Assembly (NCBI GenBank): GCA_963810095.1
Contig: CAWEMM010000014.1
Location: 160,001-224,000 of the forward strand
Direction: 5' to 3'
Source of the DNA: an uncultured Chloroflexia bacterium
GTDB taxonomy: Bacteria; Chloroflexota; Anaerolineae; CG2-30-64-16
Length of the DNA: 64,000 bases
Below, one piece after another: positions 44,601-53,759 of the stretch (positions are counted from its first letter, which is position 1; every line of letters begins with the position of its first letter). The position numbers were made by a program, and so were the translations under genes. Under the pieces are notes generated by a model that saw nothing but the letters and a program-made list of their open reading frames with translations, ran no database searches and was not told the DNA's origin.

Positions 44601-45392
44601 GCGTCGGCGCGGCTCCCGCCACGCGGAGACCTCCGCCTTCATCACCCCACGCAAATCCGAGTGTGTGGTTATTGACGATCCGGGTGTTGCTGATGTTGAC
44701 CGCCGGGGCATGCGCACCCGTCTCCTCTAAGTTCCGCCCGGCGCCGGAAGCCGCCTGGTTCGCTTCGAAGACAGAGTTTGTGAGGGTCAGTCGGCGGGAG
44801 CAGCGATACACGCCACCCCATACGTCTGCGTTGTTCATTTGCGACACGTACGTGGTCGAGGGTGAAGTGCTGGACTACGGCGCCCGGATGCCGCCGCCAC
44901 CGAAGCTACTCGGCATTTAGCCGTTGCAATCGTGACTCCTGAGATGCGTGACAATGGCGTGCCCCGGCGATGTTTTATGACAAGGACTTCAGTGTCAGAG
45001 CCTGTGAGGAAGTCGCACCGGGCCGGCTCCGGTAATCGTACAACGGCTGTGAATGTGGAAAGCGCCTGTCAGGTTGTCGTCTCCGTCTGGACCGGCATTT
45101 GCAAAGGTCCCGCGCCGGCACATTGATGGTGTCGGCGCCGGCAGCCGCGTTCGCCTCGCATGATCGCAGCGCGCAGGCTGCACTGACGTTCAGATTGTCG
45201 CACACTGCCGTACCAGGGTTGGGATCAGGGATATCAGACGGTCGAATTGACGACAAAATCGGCCGCGTGAACCGGCGGCGGCGCGGCGAGGGGTGGCAGG
45301 AGCAGCGCAAGCAGCACGATTAGGGTCAGCAGCGCGCGCGTGCGGGCGTTGGCGCGGTCGCGGTTGGGGAGAGTCGATTCCAGGACTTTCAT
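38694..45392 (-). CDS. Giant secreted protein (about 2200 aa if intact): signal peptide, 2x CSLREA/beta-helix, PPC-like domain with NPDAWA repeats, C25-like clan CD peptidase, Ig-like, PKD; many frameshifts
   Basis: GAAGGAG SD, MKVLEST...VHA-ADFVVNST; CTLRAAIQEA; VVLVGND, PDLPVGRL, AGHFS, GCHSG; WTWGDG..HTYTTPGVYTVGLTVTD; colinear fragments in changing frames. Confidence 0.75.
42569..42930 (-). repeat. Coding tandem repeat, 20 x 18 bp = (N/Q)PDAW(A/S)
   Basis: 10 units on each side of a 2-nt insertion near 42753; variation mostly at third codon positions. Confidence 0.95.
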
Positions 45393-45445
45393 TGGATCCA
45401 CTCCTTCGTGACAGGTGGCGGTGTAAGTTGTTCTGGCTTGGTGGA

Positions 45446-45803
45446 CTACCGTTCTGCCTCTTCAAGGGAAATAGGCCCGTGGGGCTCAATCAGTCGCACC
45501 AGGTCATGGGTGCACAGCTCGTGCAGCCGCCGGCCCGACCAGACGGATGCGACATTCTGATCAGAGTCGATGGCAATCAGTTCCACGTTGGGGCACATGC
45601 GGAGCAGGGCCAGGGTTAAGTCGGGGCAGTCCGCTGCAGCGTCGAACAGGATCGCGGCGGGGCGCCAGCGCGGTCAGTTCCTCCGCGGTCGCGCCGGTTG
45701 GCACGTCGACGAGCTCGAAATGTGGCTGGAGACGCAGGCTGGCTTCGATCGCGCCAAGCACGATCGACCGCCCGTATATCACGACCCGGCAGCGCTCATC
45801 CAT
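45446..45803 (-). CDS. Small degenerate receiver-like protein, frameshift near 45657
   Basis: RVVIYGRSIVLGAIEASL...(shift) AILFDAAA...LIAIDS; alpha/beta pattern lacking the acidic pocket. Confidence 0.55.
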
Positions 45804-45963
45804 GCGAATGACCTCATGTTCTGAATATCACAAACTTTGCATGGTGGCAATGTCTCTGGAGACAAAAAAGAAGGACAGTCTCGTGCGGCGAGAGACTGTC
45901 CCTTGGGCCAGTGTGAGGATAAGCGAGAGGGGTACTTTCGTGCTGGCTCGGTGCGGCGCTGCT

Positions 45964-46641
45964 TTACCGGCCCAATCCCATCCGGCCGGCGTAAGCCAGC
46001 ACCTGCGCACGGTTCTCCAGGTGCAGGGCGGCCATGATCTCGCCCATGTGGTACTTGATGGTGCGGGGCGCCAGCCCCAGCCGCGCGCCCACTTCGCCGT
46101 ACGACAGCCCTTCGGCCACGAGCGCCAGCACTTCGCGCTGGCGGTCGGTGAGGCTGGGCGCGGTCAAGCCGGCGGACGATGCGGGAGCCCCGTCATGGGT
46201 TGGCGCCGCGGTGGGTGGGGTGGCTGCCATCCGCCCGAACTCATCGAGGAGCCTGGCGGCGAGGCCGGGCGAGAAGGGCGGGAGCCCCAGCCGGGCCTGC
46301 TCGAGCGCGTCCACCAGGTCTGCCGCGTCCATGCTCTTGAGCAGGTAGCCGCACGCGCCGCTCTTGATCGCCTCGAACAGGTCCTCGTCTTCGGTCGACG
46401 TCGTGAGAATGACGATGCGGGCGTCGGGCCAGGCCGCCTTGATGAGCCGGGTCGCGGCGAGGCCGTCGCAGTCGGGCATGCGAATGTCCATCAGGATCAC
46501 GTCGGGCCGCAGGCGCAGCGCGGCCGCGGCGGCCTGCCGGCCGTCCGTGGCCGCACCGGCAATTTCGATTCCGTGCGCCTCCAGCAGGTTCGCCAGCCCT
46601 TCCAGCAGGAGCCGGTGGTCGTCGGCCAGCAGCACTCTCAT
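45964..46641 (-). CDS. NarL/LuxR family response regulator
   Basis: VLLADDH, LMDIRMP, GYLLK, LTDRQREVL..HTH. Confidence 0.95.
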   Translation of the reverse strand: MRVLLADDHRLLLEGLANLLEAHGIEIAGAATDGRQAAAAALRLRPDVILMDIRMPDCDGLAATRLIKAAWPDARIVILTTSTEDEDLFEAIKSGACGYLLKSMDAADLVDALEQARLGLPPFSPGLAARLLDEFGRMAATPPTAAPTHDGAPASSAGLTAPSLTDRQREVLALVAEGLSYGEVGARLGLAPRTIKYHMGEIMAALHLENRAQVLAYAGRMGLGR

Positions 46642-46665
46642 GGTCGCCCCCTGTTGCCTGCGCAA

Positions 46666-48378
46666 TTACGCCCCGCGCACCGGCGCACGAAGCACAACCC
46701 GGGTTCCCGCCCCCGGCTGCGAGTCGACGGCCAGGCGCCCCCCAATCTCGGCCATGCGCTCGACCATGAACCCCAGCCCGTAGTGCCCGTCTCGGCCTGC
46801 CGTGCCCGGTGGGGGATCGAAGCCCACGCCGTCGTCGCTGATCGAGATCACGTTTTCGCCGTCGACCTGCGCCACGCTCACCGTCACGCAAGCGGCATGG
46901 CTGTGCTTGTGCGCATTGGTCAGCGCCTCTTGCACCACCCGGAACAACTGAACGCTGGACGCGGGCGAGATGGCGCCTGCGTCCAGCCCCGGTTGGATGT
47001 CGAGACGCGTCGCCATCTGCGAGTATTGCCCATAGGTGACGAGGTATTGTTGGAGCGCGGACAAGAATGACCACTGCTCAGTCGGCGTGCCTTTGAGAAT
47101 GAGGATGGACTCGCGAACATCCGCATTCGCCTGCTGCGCGGCTTGGGCGAGCCGTCGCAGCTGCGCCTCTGCCGTGCTCAGGTCGCCGTCCTGCACGTGC
47201 TTGGCAATGGCTTGGGCCTGGAGGCTGACAAAGGCCAGCGTCTGCCCCGTGCTGTCGTGCAGCTCGCGCGCCAACTGCTCCCGTTCGCGCAGCACGGCCA
47301 GCGCCCGCTCCTGCTCGAGGATGCGGGCCTGTGCCCGCTTCTGCTGCGTCGTCTCGCGCAGCGTCAACAGGTGACCGACGAGCAGCCCGCGAAAATCGCG
47401 CAGCACGGTGAGTGCGGGCTCGTAATAGCGCACGTTGGCGCCGGTCCCGAAGACCATTTCCGGGAGCTCGAACTCCGCGTCGCCCGACCCAAGGTTCGGA
47501 TGCGGCAGCGGCGGCAGGCGTTCGGGGTCGGACATTTGCTCCCATGTTTTGCCGCGGGCGAGGTCGAAGGGGATGCCAAGGATCTGCTCGGCCGCGGGGT
47601 TGAGACCGGCGATCTGCCAGCGCGGGTCGAACACGATCATCCCGGCGCGCATCTGCTCGATGACGGTGGCACGCGCCACGGGCAGCGGATCGAAGATGCG
47701 GAACCCGAAGAGCGCGATAGTATACGCAACCAAGGCAACGGCCGGCCCCACCAGGCGAAAGTCGAACCAAACCGGCAGCGGCGTGCGGAAGTAGTCGAGC
47801 ATATAAGCGCTGCGGCTCACGATTCCGGCGACCAGCATCAGCGCCGCGGGCCACCGGTGGCGGGGCGAGCGAACGAAGAGCCAGACGAGCGCCGTCACCT
47901 GGATCCCAAGCAGGATCAACATGTAGCCCACGATGAAGCGACCGGCAGGAGCGAGGTAGGGCGTCACTTGGCCGCCTGCCTCCACCTCCAACGAGTACCA
48001 GACAAATCCCCGGTTGTCTATGGCCGTGAGCAGCAGATCCAGCAGTGGCACAAGCAGCGGCGCCGCGAGGAGCGCGACGTTGCGACGGCTCAACCAACGG
48101 CCCGGGTAGGTGTACTCGAGGACGAAGCACACGGCGGCGAGCAGCGCGAAAGACGGCCAAATAGACTGGAAGCGGTACCCGGTCACCTTAGCGGCGGGTT
48201 CGACGGCGAGCGTTTCGAGGATGATGCCGGCCATCCAAAAGGCCACGAACAGGCACGCCGCCGCCAGTTGCCGCGCACCGGGCATATCCCGGCGTCGCCA
48301 GCTCTGCAGGCCGACGGCCGCGGCGAGGAGGGCGACCGCCAGGGGCGGCCAGATGGCTGGGGTGAAGGAGTAGCTCAT
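46666..48378 (-). CDS. Histidine kinase: N-terminal 7TM, PAS, HisKA_3
   Basis: About 7 hydrophobic segments, REQLARELHD, QEALTNAHKH, DDGVGF, GLGFM.ER. Confidence 0.93.
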   Translation of the reverse strand: MSYSFTPAIWPPLAVALLAAAVGLQSWRRRDMPGARQLAAACLFVAFWMAGIILETLAVEPAAKVTGYRFQSIWPSFALLAAVCFVLEYTYPGRWLSRRNVALLAAPLLVPLLDLLLTAIDNRGFVWYSLEVEAGGQVTPYLAPAGRFIVGYMLILLGIQVTALVWLFVRSPRHRWPAALMLVAGIVSRSAYMLDYFRTPLPVWFDFRLVGPAVALVAYTIALFGFRIFDPLPVARATVIEQMRAGMIVFDPRWQIAGLNPAAEQILGIPFDLARGKTWEQMSDPERLPPLPHPNLGSGDAEFELPEMVFGTGANVRYYEPALTVLRDFRGLLVGHLLTLRETTQQKRAQARILEQERALAVLREREQLARELHDSTGQTLAFVSLQAQAIAKHVQDGDLSTAEAQLRRLAQAAQQANADVRESILILKGTPTEQWSFLSALQQYLVTYGQYSQMATRLDIQPGLDAGAISPASSVQLFRVVQEALTNAHKHSHAACVTVSVAQVDGENVISISDDGVGFDPPPGTAGRDGHYGLGFMVERMAEIGGRLAVDSQPGAGTRVVLRAPVRGA

Positions 48379-48420
48379 GGGGCTACCATCTCGCATGCGA
48401 AGCGGGTTGAGAACTCCAGG

Positions 48421-48429
48421 ATTATAGCA
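48421..48429 (-). promoter_or_regulatory. Extended -10 promoter for the HK-RR operon
   Basis: TGCTATAAT on the minus strand. Confidence 0.65.
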
Positions 48430-48496
48430 CATTGCGTTGGCAACACCGGGCGCACACATGCTCGCATGCGGGCCCGAACGACATCGTTATGATGTC

Positions 48497-48525
48497 TTGA
48501 CAGACCGCGCTCTTAGTGCCATGAT
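48497..48525 (+). promoter_or_regulatory. Sigma70-type promoter for the transporter/HD operon
   Basis: TTGACA-17 bp-CATGAT with TG extension. Confidence 0.6.
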
Positions 48526-48580
48526 TGGGGCGTGCCAGCACGGCCCACGTTGCTGCCTTCGCTGCCAGGAGGTGCTCCTC

Positions 48581-51500
48581 ATGGGTCTCTCTCTAGTTCC
48601 ACGCCCCGCTCCTCCAACGCCCCATCCCACGCCGTCTCCGCTCGACGTGCTTCTTGGCTTGCAGCCCGGCGATGGCCGGCGCACCTGGTCGCTGACCGGG
48701 CTCCATTTCGCGCTCGGTGCGGTGATTGTCTTCATGCAGGCCCCGGCCTTTGGCCTGTTCGTGTCCGAGTTTGGCTCCCAGCGTCTCCCCTTTGCGTATA
48801 TCGCCATCGCCGTGCTGGTCAGCGCGCTCAACCTGGCCTACCTGCGCCTGAGCAACCGGTTCCCGTTCGTGCCCCTCTCGTTCGGCGTGCTCGGGTTCCT
48901 GGCGGCCGCGTGCGTCGCGCTCTGGCTGGGCCTGCTGACGCCGCTGCGGCCGGCCGTGATCTTTATCCTGCCCGTTGGTTTCCAGCTAACCATCAACGTC
49001 ACCGTCCTCGTCCTCTGGCCGCTCGCGGGCCGCGGATTCAACTTGCGGGAGGCTAAGCGGACCTTCGGCGTTATCTCCGGCGGCAACTGGACGGCCAGCC
49101 TGCTCGTGGGCCTGATCCTCGGGCCGCTGATCGCGCTCATCGGGACCCAGAACCTGCTGCTCTGTGCTGCAGCCAGCGCGTTGGCGGCCCTGCTCCTCCT
49201 TGGACCCGTCGCGCGCATCGCGGGCGTGTGGAAGCCCGGCCCAACGACCGCCGGCAGCGCTCCGAAGCAGCCCCGGGCGGCAGTCAACCCTGTCCCGGTG
49301 CGGACGCTCCTTTCCGGCCCAATGATCCGGCCGCTTCTGCTCTACGTGGTTCTGCTCTGGATCATCTACTATTTCGTCGATAACATCCTGTGGGCCACTG
49401 CGGGCCAGCGTTTCGCAGACGCGGCCCAACTCGGCGCGTTCACCGGCCGGGTCGTGACCTTCTATGGCATCCTGGCCGCCGTGATGAGCCTTTTTTTGGC
49501 CGGGCGTATCCTGGGCCGCTACGGCGTCCGGAACGCGCTGCTCCTGCTGCCGGTGCTGCTGACCCTCGACATGGCCCTCCTCGCAGTGGTTGGGACGCTG
49601 CAACCATCCTCCGCGCTCGTCTTTGCCTTTGCCACCATTGGGAAAGTGCTCATGATCGGCCTGGGATTCTCCCTTTCATCGACGGCGTTTACATTCTTGT
49701 ACCAGCCCCTCCCACCTGCCATCCGGGGCAGGACGCAAGCCCTCGCCGAGGGGGTCCTGCAGTCCCTGGCCATTGGCCTCGGCGGCGTGCTCCTGCTGCT
49801 CTTCACGTCGGTGCTGCACTTCGGCGCGGTGGGCTTAGCTTGGTTGGTCATCCCTATCAGCCTCGTCTGGATCGCCTCCATCCTGGTGATCGGCCGGCAG
49901 TATCCGCGGGCCGTCGTCGCGGCTCTCGACCGGCGCCGGTTGGGCGAGGGGCCCGGCCTCACGCTGGATCGCGATACGCTCGCGCTCCTCCGCCCGCGGC
50001 TCGCCGACCCTGCGCCGGCCGTGGTGCTCTATGTTTTGCACACGCTCGAGCGCGAGGATGGGAACTGGAGCTTGACCCTCGAGAGCGGCCTGCCCCAGAT
50101 GCTCGCCCACCCCCTGCCAGAGGTGCGCGAGGCCGCGCTGCACGCGGTGTCTCGCTTGGCCGTGTCGAAGTCTGCCGGGGGGAATACCGGCGTGGAGGCG
50201 GGCGCGTCAGGCAACGACGGCGCGCACGCGCAGGTCGTCGGAATCGTCACCGAGCACTTGAAGCGCGAGTCGAGCCCGATGGTCTGCTCGGCGGGGGTCG
50301 AGGCGATCGCGGCGCTGCGCGGCGCAGAAGCCGGCCCCTTCCTCGAGAGGATGCTCGGCGGCGACCCGCCGACCGAACGGGCCGTCCTGGTCGCATTACT
50401 GCGCTTACCGGGCGGGTCGGCTGCGGCCGAAGCGCGATTGGCAGAACTTGCCGGCTCGGCGCTTCCCGACGACCGCGCGCGCGCTGCAGCCACCTGCGAA
50501 GCCACACGACGTGCGGCGGACCGGGCGCTCCTGGCGGGGCTGCTGGCCGACGAAGTAGTTTCCGTGCGCCGGGCAGCGCTGGCCGCGGCCGCACAGCACC
50601 CCGGTGCCGACCTGTGGGAAGGGGTGATTGCGGCCTGTTGCGAGCCGGAAACCGCGGCTGCCGCGCAGGCCGCGCTGGTGGCGGCCGGCGAGAGGGCCGT
50701 GCCGGCCATCGGCGCCGCCCTGACGGCCGGAGAAGAGAGCGAGGGAGACGCCGAGCGCCGCCAGCGGATTGCCTTGACCGAGGCTTGCGCGCGTATCCGC
50801 GGTGCATCTGTCGTCCCGATGTTGGAGAGCCAGGCTGACGCGCTCGACGTCGACGTGCGCGGCGCCGCATTGCGGGGTCTTGCCGGGTGCGGCGTGCGCG
50901 CCGAGCGGGGCGGGCAACTGCGCCTCGACCGGGAGGTCAGCCTTGCGGGTCTGCTCGCCGCGGCCTTAGCCGGCATAGCGGCCGGCTCCTCTGCCGGCGG
51001 CGGCGCCGCAAGTCTCTGCACGTCCGCCCTCGGCCGTGAGCTTTCGAATGTGCGCGAGCGTCTGCTGCTGCTCCTCTCCCTTCAGTTCGACGCCGCGTCG
51101 CTGCTGTCGGCTCGCGACACGCTGGCCGACGCCGACGATGCCCGTCGAGCATACGCGCTGGAGGCGGTCGAGCTGCAGCTTCCCGCAGCCATGCGGGCGC
51201 GCATCATGCCCCTGGTGGAGCTGCCGCCGCCGGCCGAGCTGGCCGCACGGCTCCGTTCTGCCGGCATGGAAGTTCCGGACTGGACCGAGGCCTCGGCGCT
51301 TGCGGCGGTCGTCGGCAAACCTTTGGAGCTGGAAACGCCCGCCGCGCCGGGTTTCGCCGGCCTGCCGCCTTTGACACAGGCGGCAGCCATCCACCACGCC
51401 GCGGTATACTGCCCACAGGCGCTTACCCGGCTTATCCAGCTCGGAGCCCTTTCCCCCTACAGCCTCGTCAGAGAGACTGCGGCTTGGGCCGCGTGCCTCG

Positions 51501-51988
51501 ACGCGCAACATCCCCATGGAGCAGCAGTCATGTTGTCCACGATCGAGAAGGTTCTGGCCCTTAAGCGCGCCGGTATATTCGGGCAGACGCCCGATCCGGT
51601 GCTGGTCGACGTCGCCCGGCTCTGCGACGAGGTGGACCTGCCGGCGGGCGCGCCTGTATTCGCCAAAGGCGACCCTGGCGACAGCCTCTACGTCATCGTC
51701 CAGGGGCGGGTGCGCGTGCAAGATGGGGCGCGCACGCTGAACGATCTCGGGGAGGGCGACGTCTTCGGCGAGCTTGCCCTTCTCGATCCCGAGCCCCGGA
51801 TGGCCTCGGTCAGTACGCTCGAAGACGCCCGCCTGCTGCGGCTCGAGGAGGCCCCGTTCCAGGAACTGATCCGGCAGCAGCCAGAGGTCGCCTTGGGCGT
51901 CATCCGCGTCATCACCCGCTACCTGCGCGAGCGCGCGCAGGACGTCGTGAAGCTCGACGCACAGTTGAGCGCATTGGCGAGCCGGTAG
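48581..51988 (+). CDS. Npt/TLC-like MFS transporter plus HEAT repeats plus cyclic-nucleotide-binding domain
   Basis: About 12 TM with REAKRTFG and LYQPLP motifs, Ala-rich HEAT region, GDPGDSLY...FGELALLDPEPRMASV; AGGAGG SD. Confidence 0.88.
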   Translation: MGLSLVPRPAPPTPHPTPSPLDVLLGLQPGDGRRTWSLTGLHFALGAVIVFMQAPAFGLFVSEFGSQRLPFAYIAIAVLVSALNLAYLRLSNRFPFVPLSFGVLGFLAAACVALWLGLLTPLRPAVIFILPVGFQLTINVTVLVLWPLAGRGFNLREAKRTFGVISGGNWTASLLVGLILGPLIALIGTQNLLLCAAASALAALLLLGPVARIAGVWKPGPTTAGSAPKQPRAAVNPVPVRTLLSGPMIRPLLLYVVLLWIIYYFVDNILWATAGQRFADAAQLGAFTGRVVTFYGILAAVMSLFLAGRILGRYGVRNALLLLPVLLTLDMALLAVVGTLQPSSALVFAFATIGKVLMIGLGFSLSSTAFTFLYQPLPPAIRGRTQALAEGVLQSLAIGLGGVLLLLFTSVLHFGAVGLAWLVIPISLVWIASILVIGRQYPRAVVAALDRRRLGEGPGLTLDRDTLALLRPRLADPAPAVVLYVLHTLEREDGNWSLTLESGLPQMLAHPLPEVREAALHAVSRLAVSKSAGGNTGVEAGASGNDGAHAQVVGIVTEHLKRESSPMVCSAGVEAIAALRGAEAGPFLERMLGGDPPTERAVLVALLRLPGGSAAAEARLAELAGSALPDDRARAAATCEATRRAADRALLAGLLADEVVSVRRAALAAAAQHPGADLWEGVIAACCEPETAAAAQAALVAAGERAVPAIGAALTAGEESEGDAERRQRIALTEACARIRGASVVPMLESQADALDVDVRGAALRGLAGCGVRAERGGQLRLDREVSLAGLLAAALAGIAAGSSAGGGAASLCTSALGRELSNVRERLLLLLSLQFDAASLLSARDTLADADDARRAYALEAVELQLPAAMRARIMPLVELPPPAELAARLRSAGMEVPDWTEASALAAVVGKPLELETPAAPGFAGLPPLTQAAAIHHAAVYCPQALTRLIQLGALSPYSLVRETAAWAACLDAQHPHGAAVMLSTIEKVLALKRAGIFGQTPDPVLVDVARLCDEVDLPAGAPVFAKGDPGDSLYVIVQGRVRVQDGARTLNDLGEGDVFGELALLDPEPRMASVSTLEDARLLRLEEAPFQELIRQQPEVALGVIRVITRYLRERAQDVVKLDAQLSALASR

Positions 51989-52034
51989 TCATCGCAGACG
52001 CCCATTCCGCGCTGTGCAGCCCCGGGAGGCCGCC

Positions 52035-53718
52035 ATGAACACGGAAGCCTTGGATCGCTACCTGCCGGCCAACATGCGCGCCGAGCTGGAGACGCGCTTC
52101 TATGCGCGGGTGAATGATGCCGCACGCATAGAGAACACGCTGCACGACCCGGACCTGTGGAGCGAGAAGACGCACCTGACCTGGTTCTCCGATCACGGCG
52201 TGATTCACGTGCGAGACGTGGCCACCCAGATCCTCAACGTGCTGGACGTGACCCACGGCGTGCTGATCCCAGCCCGACCGCCTCAGCGCTTCGATCCGTT
52301 CATGAAAACCTACGGTGTGCTGTTGTCCTATCTGCATGACATCGGCATGTCCGACTTCTCGCCTTACGGCCGCAAGATGCATCCCCAATATGCCGCGCAG
52401 GCCGTCTTCTCGGGCGAGCTGGACACGTGGGTCCGGCAGGCATGGGACGAAAACCTGGGCAATATTGCGTGGCGGCTGGTGAACCTCGAACGCCGCGGCC
52501 TGCTGCCGCAAGCGCCTGAGGACATTTTCCGGGAGATGTTGGCGCTCAGCATGGGACACAGCAAGAGCAAGGTTCCCATGGATGTCCTGAACGAACCGAG
52601 TCGCCTGCGCGCGGTGCTTCTGCGCACCTTGACGACGGACCTGCAAGTGCTCCATCTTGATGGGCCAAGCGCAGAGGCCGGCAGATCAGGGCCGTATCAA
52701 GCAGACAGCGAGCGTGCCTTCGCGTGGCTGGTTTGCGACGAGCCGGATTGCCGCGAACTGGTCGACGACGTGGTCGACACCGTTCGGGCGCTCCGTTGTG
52801 CAGACGCGCTTGCGCCAACGCGGGACCCTCCAAAAGACATCCGCCGGCTACGAGGTGTTTGTCAGCCTGGAGAGCGGCAACGCGACGTTCTCTGTGCGGC
52901 AGGGCGAGGACAAGCTGTATTTGCTCGAGCACTCGGAACCGCTCAGTGCCGGCGAGGCAAACATCGCCAGCAGTGAGATCACCCGTGAAGGACATCTCCG
53001 CATAGCCTTTCACCGCGGCGCGTTTGCGAGCGAATCAGCGGTCCGGCGTGCGGTTCAGGCAGCGGCCGTCACCGTCGACGACATCCAGGCGGACGTAATC
53101 ACCAGCTTCGCCCGTACACGCGCAGATCGCATGTCGGACCCTTCAGCGGGCATGACAATACTGCTTGAGGCCGTCGAAGACAACCCATACTTTGTGGACC
53201 AGGTGATTGTTTCGCTGATCAGCCTCAATCCCAGCCTCGCCGGTCGCGTCGCGCGCGTTCCGTCGCTGGGCGGGGCCGCGGTGAGCGAGAGCAAGCGCTA
53301 TCTGGCAGGGGTGATACTTGACTGGGATCGCGAACGCAAGTGCGCGCTGCTCGAGAGGTTGGCCCTGTCAGGCCAGCGCATCGACGGCATGGATCTGGAA
53401 GCGGCCTTCGAGCACGTCAAGCTTGCGACCGTGGAGGCCGACGAGCGTTTGATCGAAGCCCGCATGCCCGCCGGATTCGTGTACATTCCGCTTGGCGAGG
53501 GGCTGATCGTCGCGCCGTTGGGCGGCTACCAGTCGTTTACCGTCAAGCCTTTCATGCCGTTGGGCTCCACGGGCGTCATCCGGGGCGCCGTGCGCAATGC
53601 CGACGTCGTCGCCGCGCAACCTGTAGAGGTCTTGATCATTCCGAAGGAGATCTACTTGCACCACTGGCACCGTCCGTATACACTCCGCGAGCTGCACAGA
53701 TTGCTCACCGAACCATAG
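52035..53718 (+). CDS. HD-superfamily (HD-CE-like) hydrolase with C-terminal cNMP-binding-like domain, frameshift near 52810
   Basis: DHGVIH, LHDIGM, HPQY, GHS, LRCADAL; C-terminus PAGFVYI...LGSTGVIRGAVRNADVVA. Confidence 0.75.
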
Positions 53719-53759
53719 CGCGGCTCGTGGCGCCGCGACGCTGGCAGACAGGATTGTGC

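Noticed and set aside
45230-45240. TGA after ADFVVNSTV as selenocysteine or readthrough
   Set aside because: The expected protein continues in a different frame, so this is an indel rather than an in-frame stop
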